From: Trichoplax adhaerens
Lineage: Eukaryota > Animalia > Placozoa
Length of the DNA: 64,000 nucleotides
Reading direction: 5' to 3'
Assembly: GCF_000150275.1 (NCBI RefSeq)
Contig: NW_002060944.1
Location: 4,530,123 to 4,594,122 of the forward strand
The position numbers and the translations under genes are program-made. Under the pieces are notes generated by a model, which saw nothing but the letters and a program-made list of their open reading frames with translations, did not search any database and had not been told where the DNA came from. Every line of letters starts with the position of its first letter. The stretch's first letter is position 1. Below, one piece after another: positions 1-12,200 of the stretch.

Positions 1-273
1 TATAATAGACTAAATTTGTTACAAAGGATATCTATAATTGCAATTAGTTACAGTGGTGAGAACTTTAAATTTTTTATTTATTTCTCATATATGAAAGAAG
101 CCATAATCTACAGTAATACTAGTCTGTATATTTTTACGCACAATTATATTATACAAAAATTTCGAACTTCTTCGACACAGTATGTATATTGCAGATACAC
201 TGCAAATATATATATATACATACTCATCAATATTTTACAAGCCCTGCATACTGGACATATCACATTTCCTTAC

Positions 274-1846
274 CAATCTTAATAGCCTGTTGCAGTGACG
301 CTCAATCGCATTACCGTGATACTTGTTACCCTAGTAAATTATGTCACAAAATCTGTATTAATATTTACCATAGAATCGAGTTTATCTTATACGCAATTTC
401 GTAAACAAGGTCAAAATAATACACGTTTATAAATGGACATGAATATGAATCACATCATATACGTTGCATATTAGTCTTAGGTTTTTATAATGCCCTACAT
501 ATAAATTGGTATAATTTAATAATAATACACCTAAGAAATGTTCTAAACGGCTGCTAGCAATATTATTTCATTTTGGCTTGCTATGATTACGTATGCATGC
601 GTATATGCACATAACAGATAGCTAACACTTTAATCATCATAGTATAACAGGATTCTTCAATTCCGGGTGATTATTATTCTCATCCATTTAAGCGACGCTA
701 TACAGTAGATGTTATTCGATGAGACTAAATGATAGTAAATAATTAATTACAATCCGACGAGAATATCACTGCTCTAGTAGCTGACCGTATTCTATGTATA
801 GTAAGAAATTTGGTAAGATGGTTTAATTTTCATTATATTATAGTAAATGTAAATTGCCAGTAATCAGAGGATCACTAAATTATCAATAACTATTGTATGT
901 ATACTATCGTCGATCACGAGAAGTGAATTAATTGATTCGTTGTAAGATATAATAATCCTCATTCTGCCGTATGCCGTATAGTATAATTACGATCTGATGA
1001 TAACCCCACTTTGCAGTGTAGGTATAAATTCGCATAGAAGACAATCAAAATAAGGACATACAGAGATACCTCTACTAAATAGGATAGAATCGTTGGAAGA
1101 ATTAATTAGAATAAACTTTTGCTATAGTTGTGCAGTACTATTAAGAGATGGAATAAGCACGAGGATATCCAATTTTGATCATTGCATCGGTGTCTGAATT
1201 GTCAAGAGTAGTGACAATCACTTTACACACAGGCGTTCAGTTGTAGTACGAATACAAGATGCTCTTTGGTTGAATGAAGAGATTATCTGGATGGACTGCT
1301 CGTTGCTATCATTAGACTGATGAATATCGCTCGATCATTTGTGAGATTCTTGATAACAATGGCTGTCATTTCCAACACATTGATACTAGTGTATCGAGAG
1401 TTGATAATATATTATTCTTGAATTGAATGAACATATTGTAGGCGCTTATTAGATTGCTTTATTCGTTCATGGTAGTCAGTAGAGTCATTACTTTCGATGA
1501 GATATGATCATATTGTATTTTCAAGACCGTCGTTGCTAATCTATTCTCTACTATCGTCGTACAGTACAATTGAATATAAGAGTAGAAATCCCTTGATCAT
1601 GTAGAGATGATATTATACAAGTGTAGACAGATTCTAGAAGTGGATGTACTTGTAGTCTATGTGTTATGCACAGGTAGCACCTAAATGCAATTTGCAAGCA
1701 AAGATTGGACTCTTTTTAACTGTAGCGTTACTCTAGGATAGGGACTTTTTCATTACCTTTTTATCTTTAGTACCATAAATATAGTGCAATTTAGGTCCAA
1801 ACAAATAATGATGAAAAGCCTGCAATCCAGTAAGTCTGTCCGCCAT
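274..1846 (-). CDS. ABHD16A: ABHD16A/BAT5-like alpha/beta-hydrolase, 5' exons only (gene continues off the left edge)
   Basis: Exon 1 1846-1757 MADRLTGLQAFHHYLFGPKLHYIYGTKDKK|gtaatg joins in phase 0 to exon 2 330-274 tag|GNKYHGNAIERHCNRLLRL|gtaagg. These resemble the ABHD16A N-terminal segments GPRLYKIY and YQPRALEKHADSILAL. The catalytic domain is not in the window. Confidence 0.7.
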
Positions 1847-1934
1847 AGTCTTGAGCCGATATTGCTAATTCTTCGACAATACTGGTCAGTAGTTTGGGCA
1901 AAGTCTCCCCAGAAATTATTCGATTTCCAGAATA

Positions 1935-2150
1935 AACTACCGTACCGTGCTGTACCTTACTGTGCAACCACGCATACCGTACAGTGCAGCATAGGAGTTA
2001 AACACTGTACGACATCGAGTTTTATGCGTTTACTACGGTACAGTACGCCAACTCCCTTCTGGGCCAACATACAGTACAGTACAGTACTGTACAGTAGATT
2101 TCAGTGTACAGTACAGTACTCCCGAAAGTTGCTAGTACTGTACACTGTAG
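1935..2150. promoter_or_regulatory. TACAGTA/TACTGTA-rich island upstream of the ABHD16A-like gene
   Basis: Dense run such as acagtacagtacagtactgtacagtag, about 90-300 bp 5' of the ATG at 1846. Confidence 0.5.
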
Positions 2151-2197
2151 GACTTTTTGCAGTTCTTACTGCACTCGGATACTGCAATAACATTTTC

Positions 2198-2676
2198 TAC
2201 GTAGGAAAGGGCAGTGAAAAGTATTTCTCTCTCAATGACAGCTTAGCGCTTTCTGGAAATGAAAGTATATTGTGTCATTTTATACCATTTTATACGTAGG
2301 GAAAGGCAGTGAAAAGTATTTCTCTCTCAATGACAGCTTAGCGCTTTCTGGAAATGAAAGTATATTGTGTCATTTTATACCATTTTATACGTAGGGAAAG
2401 GCAGTGAAAAGTAGTTCTCTCTCAATGACAGCTTAGCGCTTTCTGGAAATGAAAGTATATTGTGTCATTTTATACCATTTTATACGTAGGGAAAGGCAGT
2501 GAAAAGTAGTTCTCTCTCAATGACAGCTTAGCGCTTTCTGGAAATGAAAGTATATACTTCTGCAGTTGTTACTGCAGTCGGATACTGTGTCATTTTATAC
2601 CATTTTATACGTAGGGAAGGGCAATGAGAAGTATTTCTCTCTCAATGACAGCTTAGCGCTTTCTGGAAATGAAAGT
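2198..2676. repeat. Minisatellite, about 5 copies of a 95-bp unit (one 125-bp variant)
   Basis: Units start at 2198, 2293, 2388, 2483 and 2608 (tacgtagg...ctctctcaatgacagcttagcgctttctggaaatgaaag). The fourth unit has about 30 extra bp that resemble 2151-2183. Confidence 0.95.
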
Positions 2677-2918
2677 TATCTATTTCGATCACATATAGAA
2701 CGAAAATGTTAGGGTTGGGGACTTAGGGTACTGTATGTTAGCCCCGCAATTTCATCATCTTCTTAGTCTATTGTACGCTCTTCTACTGTAGTATATTCCT
2801 GTACTGTATGTACATTGAGTGTACAAGTCTCCCTTTTTATGTCGTTGTTTTGTTGCCGTAGTACAGTACATTCGCGATCAATTTAGAGTCATTAAATGGA
2901 GTAAAATGTAACACGAAA

Positions 2919-3260
2919 CCGATAAAACCCGATCGAATGATTCATTTTTGAACCCGAAATGAGTGCAATTGCTATACTATTCAAACACTTACTGTATCGC
3001 TCTAGAAATTCTTAATCCGAATCCCCCCTCGAGTCGGCTTCAAGTCGGGTACCGATAAAACCCGATTAAATTATTCATTTTTGAACCCGAAATGAGTGTA
3101 ATTGCTATATTATACAAACACTTACTCTATCACTCTAGAAATTCTTAACCCGAATCCCCCTCGAGTCAGGTTCAAGTCGGGTACCGATAAAACCCGATCA
3201 AATTATTGATTTTTGAACCGAATCTCCCCTCAAGTCGGCTTCAAGTCGGGTTTCGGGTTG
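2919..3260. repeat. Minisatellite, about 2.5 copies of a 132-133-bp unit rich in CCCGA/TCGGG
   Basis: ccgataaaacccgat starts at 2919, 3052 and 3184; the segment ...gagtcggcttcaagtcgggt is shared between units. Confidence 0.9.
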
Positions 3261-3516
3261 ACTTGGAAGGATACCGATTATTATGCTGTACAGTAGAAGA
3301 CTCTACTAACCAAGTACATGGTATATCGAACAGGATCAAATAGATGTTGATTATTATACAAGTAGAGAAAACGAACTCAAAGTGAAGACTACTCTACAGT
3401 GCTCTATACTTTACAGTAAAAGAAAATTAGGATCCTTCCATCTGTATACAGTACACTATATGGATATCGTTTTTTATTTGCAGCTAGCAGAAAACATGGC
3501 AATTCCATCAATTTTG

Positions 3517-4650
3517 TCAACCTTTCAGTATCCCTAAATCTATATGGAAGTTGAATAAATACAGTACAGTAAACAGAGCATAATGATACTGTATATACAG
3601 GCGTAAAACTTCTTCGATATTGGCTAAAACAGTGTGGAATAGAAATGCAAAGGTAGTAAATTTAGATACATATTGGAAAATTCATCAACTTTCGCATTAT
3701 ACGAGTATTTATTAAGGAGGTAATATTGGTATAGCGAGTTCACATTGTTTACTTTGCACCCGCTTCCATGTTTAGTTCCCAGTATTGACTCAATGACATA
3801 GCGCACGATACATACACAGATTATAACATGAATGATAGAGGCTAGAGAAATCAGAACCGCGGGAGTGGGATTATACGAGTATTCCATAATTTTTGATCAT
3901 ACAAGCTTTATAATATAAATATGCAGGTTATGAATCACTGCTTTCGGGAAATAGTACGAGTAGGAAGTACACGGCATTCCAATCCTTCCAGTAGAATTGA
4001 CGCTGCGCTGTGGGGAAATTTACTGTATCGATATCTATCGATATAGTAAGAGTAGGAAATACTCGTACATGGTGTTTTAATTCTTCCCATAAAGTTAGCG
4101 TTGTATTATAGGGACATTTATTGCATCGATATTGCTAGTAGATGAGAGGATACACTAATTACCGTGATTACGCACATTGCATACCAATCATAGACTGCGC
4201 TAGAAAACATAGTGATTTTCGAATACTTAGCATAGAAGGCATATGGAATGGTGTACCACTTTGACAGCCTATATCCAGGAACCTCTCTAGTCAAAAGAAA
4301 AGATGGACGCAAAATGACCGTTTCCGACGGTGAACGATTGTTTTGTGTCCCTCTTTTGCTCGACTTGAAAAGCCTCTACTATATCCCAAGTTTTATACCA
4401 TTTCCAAAGAGTGAGATATTGCATCAACGCAATTAAAACCATATATGAAGTATGTGGAATCTTTGAAAATGGCATAGCACTCGGGATATAGCCTGTCAGA
4501 GAATAAGCCATTTACGCTAAGTATCCGGAATATCACTGTAAGTTCTGGCGCCCCTAATGCCAATGCGCTTATAGCGAAGATTTCAGCTATTGATAAGCGG
4601 GTAAGGGCAAAGAAGTAAAAATTGATAGTGTCAAGACTGCACGTCTTCTA
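3517..4650 (-). pseudogene. Degraded intronless rhodopsin-family GPCR (putative)
   Basis: Collinear fragments in different frames resemble TM2 (INFYFFALTRLSIAEIF), the ECL1/TM3 cysteine (YPECYAIF), the TM3 end (MVLIALMQYLTL), the TM4 end (TIPYAFYAKY), TM5 (PAVLISLASIIHVIICVCIVR), TM6 (LLPLHFY) and TM7 (VLYLFNFHID). Stops and frameshifts interrupt them. Confidence 0.4.
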
Positions 4651-7600
4651 GGTGCGTATATCGATTGAAACGCAGTAAAATGGCTATCTATTAAACCGAA
4701 ATTATCATAGAACAATGTGATAAAAGTCGCATATCATCATTTATCTATGAACTATTAATACGAAGGTAAAAAATAAGAATTAATAGCATAAAATTTGTGA
4801 AGGAGCGACTGTCGCGAATAATCATTAAAATATTCGTATGTATATCATTACACTATACACTAAGTTTAAACCGTAGCGTAATATCATGTCTGATAATTAT
4901 AATTACAATAGATAAGTTATAAGTTATGATAATCATAAATTACAAATTATCAACATGCTATGTTATCAAAATACTTGTATGTGTTGTGTCTAGCAATTTA
5001 GTAAACTTAAATATCTGTATAGTATGACGCTGCTATGATACAAGATGATCCGCTACTATTACACCTAGAATCTTATAAAAGGAAAGTCTTAAGACTTCTT
5101 CGGCATTGTTTTACGCGATCATTCAATTACTCCGCTTATGCATGTACAGATCAAGCTTCAATAAAATCAATTAACTAGCAGTAAAGCGCGAGCTGCATTT
5201 TATGAAAAGGATCTCGGATCAACCTCAAGATCCACCATAGCGACAATCTTAAATTACAATATTTGAAATTTTAGCAAATTTTTTCACCTAAATATCAACA
5301 ACCTATTTTGCCCTACCATGCAGTATGAAACCTGTATAGATTATTACCCATATCGGTTATCATTCACAACAGTATAATAGTAAAATTATGAAAGATCTTG
5401 ATTTCGTATCAGCTTTATACTTAATTTAGCTGTATCGGTGTGTAATTGATTATAAATATTATATATTAATATCTTATCTGAAGTACTCGACCTGTCTCAC
5501 ATGAATCTGAATATCGTAATATTATTCTAAGTATCATCTATATTATGTTATCTTGGTCTTGTTAAAAGGTATCTACTTGATAAGGATATCAGAGCTAACT
5601 TTTTGTAGGACTGGTTATAAATTTCGTATCCAATTTATGACCTTATAGAATAATTTCGCTAATTTTAGCTCTAAAATTAATAGAATACTTTAGGTTAAGT
5701 TAATAAAGGCGTACTTACGGTATTTTAGATTAGTTTATTTCCGTGAATAGACATAATATCTTAACCCATTTATAATACATAACTTCATTTCAAGCATAAA
5801 AGAACATGCAACATGCATTACACTATTTCAAACCGGCTAGAAAAATAAGTATGCTTATTTTCGTACTCTTAATGCGTGAATATAGTTATTTGCAAGATTT
5901 TCCTTCAAAAAGAGGGTATATAATGATATATAACATTTATATTATTAATCTTGTTGCGTATAATTTATTCATGAAGAAGTTAACTCAAAGTTATTTACGT
6001 TACCGAAAATTTGTATATTCCATTATTAAAGTTATAGCCATTAACTCACTAAATTGATCGTTTATTAATTAAGCATAGTTTTATTACCAATTAAGATGAC
6101 ATCATTGATCCTTGTTATACGAGTATATCCTGAGTGTCAATATTAACTATCCTATCTATCCGCCATCTTTATCATCTCTGTCTAGATACATTGTCTAGTA
6201 GATGACATCCTTTTAGGCTCAAAAGTTAAATTCTATGCCAATAATCCAATCAGTACAGAATTGACTTTAGTAGCATTACCGCATCATTTTTCAATTGATC
6301 GAACTAGTAAACATTTTTAGAACTAAGTAGAGACGAAGATTTTCCTAACAGTGTCTTTTTGTAGATGTAGTACCATACTTTAGCGACACATTACATGGTT
6401 TCAGATTAAAGGTTTGGCTCATATCTAGATCCCATTTAAGTTGCTGTGGCGCTTTTAGGAGGTTCCAACTAATTAAGAACATCAGTAACTGCTGACTAAA
6501 ACCACTATAAAATAACGGAAAACCAGTCATAATAGCTACCATTTTTATGATAAGTCTCCAAATTTGCTTTGTATTTATTTAAAGTTGAAACTCAACGTTT
6601 ATCTTGTACGCTCGCATTAGAGAGTAATTGTGGTAAATATTTAAGGTCTTCCTCTGTTCAGTAATATAGATTTATTCAATTGTTCGTTTAGATTTTTAAG
6701 TCGTTGATGCCTAAGATTGTAATATATTATCTATTGTGGAACTAAATTAAATTTTATTTAGTAATCGTAAAATAACGAATCATTTAACATTTTATTTGAT
6801 AGCAGTTTAAAGAATTTCATAAAGCGTTGATTCAATACACAGTAGTAAGTCTTTGGTTTGCTAGTAATAGATCATACATTACCTTAACTGCGACTGAAAT
6901 TACAGACAAGTTATAAATTTGAAAACCATTACCCACTTTGTCACAATATAACTGCCAAAAAAATTTGAAAATTTTTTTTCTGTTATTATTCTTATTTTAA
7001 AGTCTCAAAATGAACTTATACTGTCAATGATTACTTGAAACATAATCCTCAGGTGGCCAAAAAAGGACGAACCATAGCTTCATAATCTCGATGGGACAAG
7101 CTATTACGCTAAAATGCATGAATGGATGGATTAGCGCTATGATTGTTAAATAATTATGATGTTATCAACAGTCACTGTCAATCATACTGATTCAAATTCA
7201 TGCATGTATGGCATTTAAACTATGCTGTCGTGAATTGAAGTTATTATAACATTGAACTAGTTTTAGAAAAAAGAATTTAAAATAAAAGCAGTTGGAGGCC
7301 AAAGTCTTGGATTAATATATAATTAAACAAAGAACTGATACTGAATCCAATTATTTTATTAGTCGTCAGTAAGTATACGACGGAAAATATATTACACGAT
7401 TTGTTTATGGCTACGTATACAAACTCAGCCAATATATTGATAAACACGTTAATTTAAATTGCTTGCGTGTACTATAACGGAAAGGTATGCTTCGGTCTTA
7501 TGTAGTTAAGACACTAAATGTATTGATCATCTGTATCTAAAGTCGAATTTCTCCAAAGAACTTTAAGTGTAAATAAAATAAAATGACGAATATCGAATTA

Positions 7601-8496
7601 TTTGCTCTAGCTACGGTATTGACATTAATGATAACTTGATATCTCAGCACATTATCGATACTAACTTATCTTTTAGCTTGGAATATTATCTACACATATT
7701 CATTCATTCATTCATTTACTCAAAATATCACAAAATGTTATGATTGGACAGGAAAAAATTATATAGATACCACGATGAAGTACAACTAGATATGAACGCA
7801 TTAAAATATCATGGTCTTTAGTTAACTATGATCTCAGCTTGATGATGGAAACTCTATTGACAAATACGTAATATTCGCACAAGTGTACTTTAAGCTGAAC
7901 CTATTTATTAAATGATATGAACGTAGAAAGAAAGACTCAACTGATATGACAGACATGATAAACTATGGAAATTAAAATATTACCATCATTCAAATTTGCT
8001 AACAATCAATCTTATTTAGCATTGATAACTGCCTTGCCAAAGACTAGTTGACCCTATCAATGATTAGCTATAACATTTATGAATTTTTCTATCATTTACA
8101 GTACATATCCCGGTACATGTTAAGTACTTGCAGGTAAAGCAAAAAAGTAAACTGTAGTATGATCGCATATTAATAATAAGTGAGAATGAAGTATGATGAA
8201 AGGCTGTAATTGCTGTTTTATTTTATTTTATTATCTTATAAAGCTAAAGATGATTTAGGATTTTCTAGGTTACGAAAAATATGCAGTGTCTTGTCCAGAC
8301 ATTAGAATTTGAATGAATGAAACAAGTTGATTTGAATATCATTAACATAATAATTTGATTTAACTAGTGTTGCTAACAACAGAAAATATAAAGGGTGTGT
8401 AGATTAAGAGCTTGCTATCTTTAAATTAATCTTTGGACCTCTTAGTTATTGGTAATACCGTAATACTAATCAAAAAATTTTGTACCCCTTTTACAG

Positions 8497-8893
8497 TTAA
8501 TGATACAATTCAGAATTACACAAGGACTGACTGCTGCAAGTTAATCCACCCAGCAAACATTCATTCGGACATTTCGTATTTGCATCGCAATGAGTTATTC
8601 TACAATCTGCTTGATTCTAAAATACGAGCGATTTTAATAAATTAGTTAATTCAGAGCAACTGACATCAAATCGACATCGACTAGATTGAGCAATACTGTT
8701 AAAAAAATTTTTATTTTCATTCCCAAAAGTATTTTTCATCACTTACCAAGCGTGTAAGAAACTCTTCTCTCGATTTGCTTAAAATGAAAGCCCTCCATAC
8801 TTCATGATCACGCTCTCTTTCCAAGCCTTGTGCAAAAATTGTAACCACGAAATAAACGAGTAATGTGAAAATAATGGCTAGCGAAGATTTCAT
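8497..8893 (-). CDS. 88-aa secreted cysteine-rich prepropeptide (signal peptide, propeptide, six-Cys domain)
   Basis: Exon 1 8893-8747 MKSSLAIIFTLLVYFVVTIFAQGLERERDHEVWRAFILSKSREEFLTRL|gtaagt; 130-nt phase-0 intron ending cgtattttag; exon 2 8616-8497 NQADCRITHCDANTKCPNECLLGGLTCSSQSLCNSELYH*. TATA box upstream. Confidence 0.85.
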
Positions 8894-8957
8894 CTTTGTC
8901 TACGTCACTGGTTCAACGTAACTGCAAATAGTCCGGATACGGTCCGTGTACGAATAA

Positions 8958-8963
8958 TTTATA
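8958..8963 (-). promoter_or_regulatory. TATA box of the cysteine-rich peptide gene
   Basis: TATAAA on the minus strand about 65 bp upstream of the ATG at 8893. Confidence 0.5.
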
Positions 8964-9193
8964 CAATCTAATTAATATGATTAATCGTTTATTAAATTGC
9001 GTTTTTTTAAATTTTAACTTGCTGTTAGCTAGCACTTCACCGGTAAATATTAGATTAAGTTATGATCTGGGACTGATAACTGTAGCCTATATATATGCAA
9101 CAGTAGCTCGCCAATAGGTGTAATTGAATATTATGCCCTTATTATGTTCCTATAAATGACTTAATGATCACATAGCGATGATTGCGATAGTTT

Positions 9194-9243
9194 NNNNNNN
9201 NNNNNNNNNNNNNNNNNNNNNNNNNNNNNNNNNNNNNNNNNNN
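9194..9243. other. Assembly gap (50 N)
   Basis: Run of N characters. Confidence 1.
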
Positions 9244-12200
9244 GTTTGTTATGCCAATCCCCATTGAAATCATGATCGGCTATTTATAATCCTTTCTTGT
9301 TGCCCCATAACAATTAGAAAAAATTATTATTTGATATATTGTATTGTGTCCGTTTACTCTAGGGATAAAATTATTTTTACGTATTCAACTTTTCATCGAC
9401 ACCCCTCGTTATTGTTACAAATTCGTTAGATAGTTTACGATTCAAGGACAAAAGTACCTCCTATTAATAAAGGTACTACTTTGAATTAGTACGATAGAGG
9501 AAGTAAACTATAATTTAAAAATCCGACTTAACTACTGTATTTTACTCTCTTTTCAACTTTATTAAGATTTTGTATGCTTTATAGCCAAAATAATGTTACA
9601 ATTACGTAAGATATTCATTTAATGAAAACTTGTTTTAATATTAAATTCTGTGGTATTTTAATGTGCCTCTATATAATTGAGGTTACAGTTCGTATTCAAG
9701 ATATATTACTAAATATTCAATTCGTAACTACATCAGGCGATGCTTGCATACTATACTGTAAGTGATTGGGTAAATCAAATTAAATAATTTCAGAGACAAA
9801 TATGGCAAGAATTTCTTGGTTTATTTTACTGGAATAGTAAACAGGTAGCTGTAATTACGCTTATATAGTATGTTGAACGTTAGGAGTTAATTACCCTAAA
9901 CAAGATAAACGAGTAAGCGTCGTACTTTTTTTATCTATAGTTTGATTGATCTCAACTATTTTTTACGATTGAGACTTTATTTTCTAGATCATCGTTAATG
10001 CTGAGACCTGGATTTTTTAATTTGAATCTATGTAAATTTTCGACATTCGTCGCGATTGTCATGGATGACATCATCGTACCTTTATTTTTCATTAAGTAAT
10101 GTCAAATAGTTTGTTAATTAGGGAGTGAATTTTTTGTTCAGGATAAGTTACAACTGATTAAGCTACGGATTAGGCAAATGAAAAACAAGTGGGCACAAAC
10201 TAATCTATAATAGCCTTAAATATATCATTAAAAATTCATTACAGTGTATTCTAATTGCATGGTTTACTCACTTGAAATAATTAGCATTTAAAGAATACTG
10301 GCTGACTATTGATTTTTAAATTTTTGAAAGCCGTAATTGTATTCATTTATTTATTGTTATACGTCGTAGTCTACATCTCTAAGCAGATAAATATGCTAAC
10401 TTGAGAGGCAAAAATGGCCGCCTATTCCTGTTCCTTATTATGAATGACGGCCTAAAGTTGCATACTGCAATGCCATAATTAGCAGAGCAGAAAATAAATA
10501 ATATAGTTTACTTTTAAACTGATGTCTGGGCATTCAAGTTGGAAGACGAGATTTAACGGTTTTCTTTGATTCTTTGATTAATAGCTTAATTCGAGCATTC
10601 AGCTTGGTAATAGCTTTGATTGATAGATTCATCTAGTATTCCTTAAGGACTACGGATCATAACGACTTGAAAGGTAGCGATAACGTGAGAAAATTTTGAT
10701 CGCCTAGTGGACTCTGTTAATGTATACAGGTGTCAATTTATTTTCTATTCTCCGATGTCTGCTACATTCTCTTGATGAGATAAATGACTTTTGTGTTGAA
10801 CTAAAAAATGTCTGCTTAGAATAAATAATCATTTATCAATTACACATAACGGTATGCATAAGATGTTAGAATTTAAAATTGCATTACGATGCCTACACGT
10901 TAACATACTATCATGCGGATTCAAAGCTTTAAAAGAGTACAATTAGTCTGGCCCTATCTATTAAAGATAATCTATAAACCACTACCTTTCACGATATTTC
11001 TGGTATCAACTACTTGCTAAAATTGACACATAGTATAAAAATATTCATTCTAAGCATTCGAGTAAACTATTATTTTTAGTGAGTCTGCTATTTTGAAAGA
11101 CGAATACGTGTTATGAAGATCATAAATAGTTAATTTTACAACGCTGTCGGTCATGTATAGTTCTTGTATAACATCTGTACACTGTATAGTCAAGTTATAC
11201 ATTACTGTGTAATCAAAAGCTCAACTTGTCTAGGCAATCCTAGATAAATTAATATATTGACACGAGATTTACTAAATACATAATACCTCGTGGTTATCCA
11301 TGTTATATCGCAGCACATGCTATTTTTCAAGATATAGTAGAAGTCCCAGGTTGAAAGATACTTGTATTCAGCGTAAGAATTTATATATTTTTTATTATTC
11401 TAATTAAAAATAATCTTTTGCAATGTCTGGACAACCAATTTGATTGGATTGTCAAGAGCAGGATTATGCGTATACTTATTATTTCATTTTTTAGAACAGC
11501 TATAAATTATCTTCCTACTATAGTAGATACCCGTATATAGTACATCAGGTTGTAAACGATCTAAAGATAATGTAACTGCAACTTTAACCAGCATAATACA
11601 ATTACTTGGTTAGAAGTACTTTTACTGTAGATAATAATATGAAATACTTAGACATGTTCGATCGTAGAATTTTATAATAATGAGTGAGGGAACATCTAGA
11701 TTCATAGAAAAGTGATAAGCCATCGAATAAAATCTAATTGCCCGCGTTAATTGCCAATTTAGCGCACAATATTAGCATAACGCGGTGATACGGTTATTGT
11801 CGGCGTTGTAATCTTTTACGTAGTCCACTGTATCTTAAGTAAATATTAATTTAGCGGTAAAGTAAGGAGAGTAAATAACAATAGAAAGATAAAAATAGAA
11901 TATTAATTGGCAGTTTTATGAGATTATGCCATTACAAATAAACCATAGTAGGAATATGACATAAATTGAGTAAAAGCTAAATAACCTTCTTGGTATAATT
12001 GCGTAAAATATACTTGAACCATACATGTTCAGATAGCCTCAAAGTTTGCGTTAAAGTATGTATACATTGTAGCAAAAAATTGCTAGACCTGTATGAGTAA
12101 TAGAAAAATAGTTCTAAACAAAAACTGAGCTGTGGTAATGGCTAGGAAATAGTCTTTGATGCGAAACATCAAATATTTAATTGCTGTACTGTAGTAGTAC

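Noticed and set aside
1784-2299. 171-aa ORF, and similar ORFs at 23394-23861, 39495-39950, 43709-44358 and 51642-51863
   Set aside because: They are translations of TACAG-rich islands or tandem repeats (YSTVQ/TVLY bias), and some overlap real exons on the other strand.
2198-2676. CRISPR-like appearance of the repeat arrays here and at 43719-44070 and 51641-51940
   Set aside because: Whole units are repeated with no unique spacers, there are no cas genes, and the context is eukaryotic.
6595-7110. Short minus-strand exon-like ORFs downstream of the peptide gene (RNSLSHRDYEAMVRPFLAT*, EDLKYLPQLLSNASVQDKR*)
   Set aside because: The proximal six-Cys exon completes the gene, and nothing supports these beyond chance AG sites.
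10534-10632. 32-aa cationic ORF on the minus strand (MNLSIKAITKLNARIKLLIKESKKTVKSRLPT)
   Set aside because: No signal peptide or gene context; Lys/Ile-rich short ORFs are expected by chance in AT-rich DNA.
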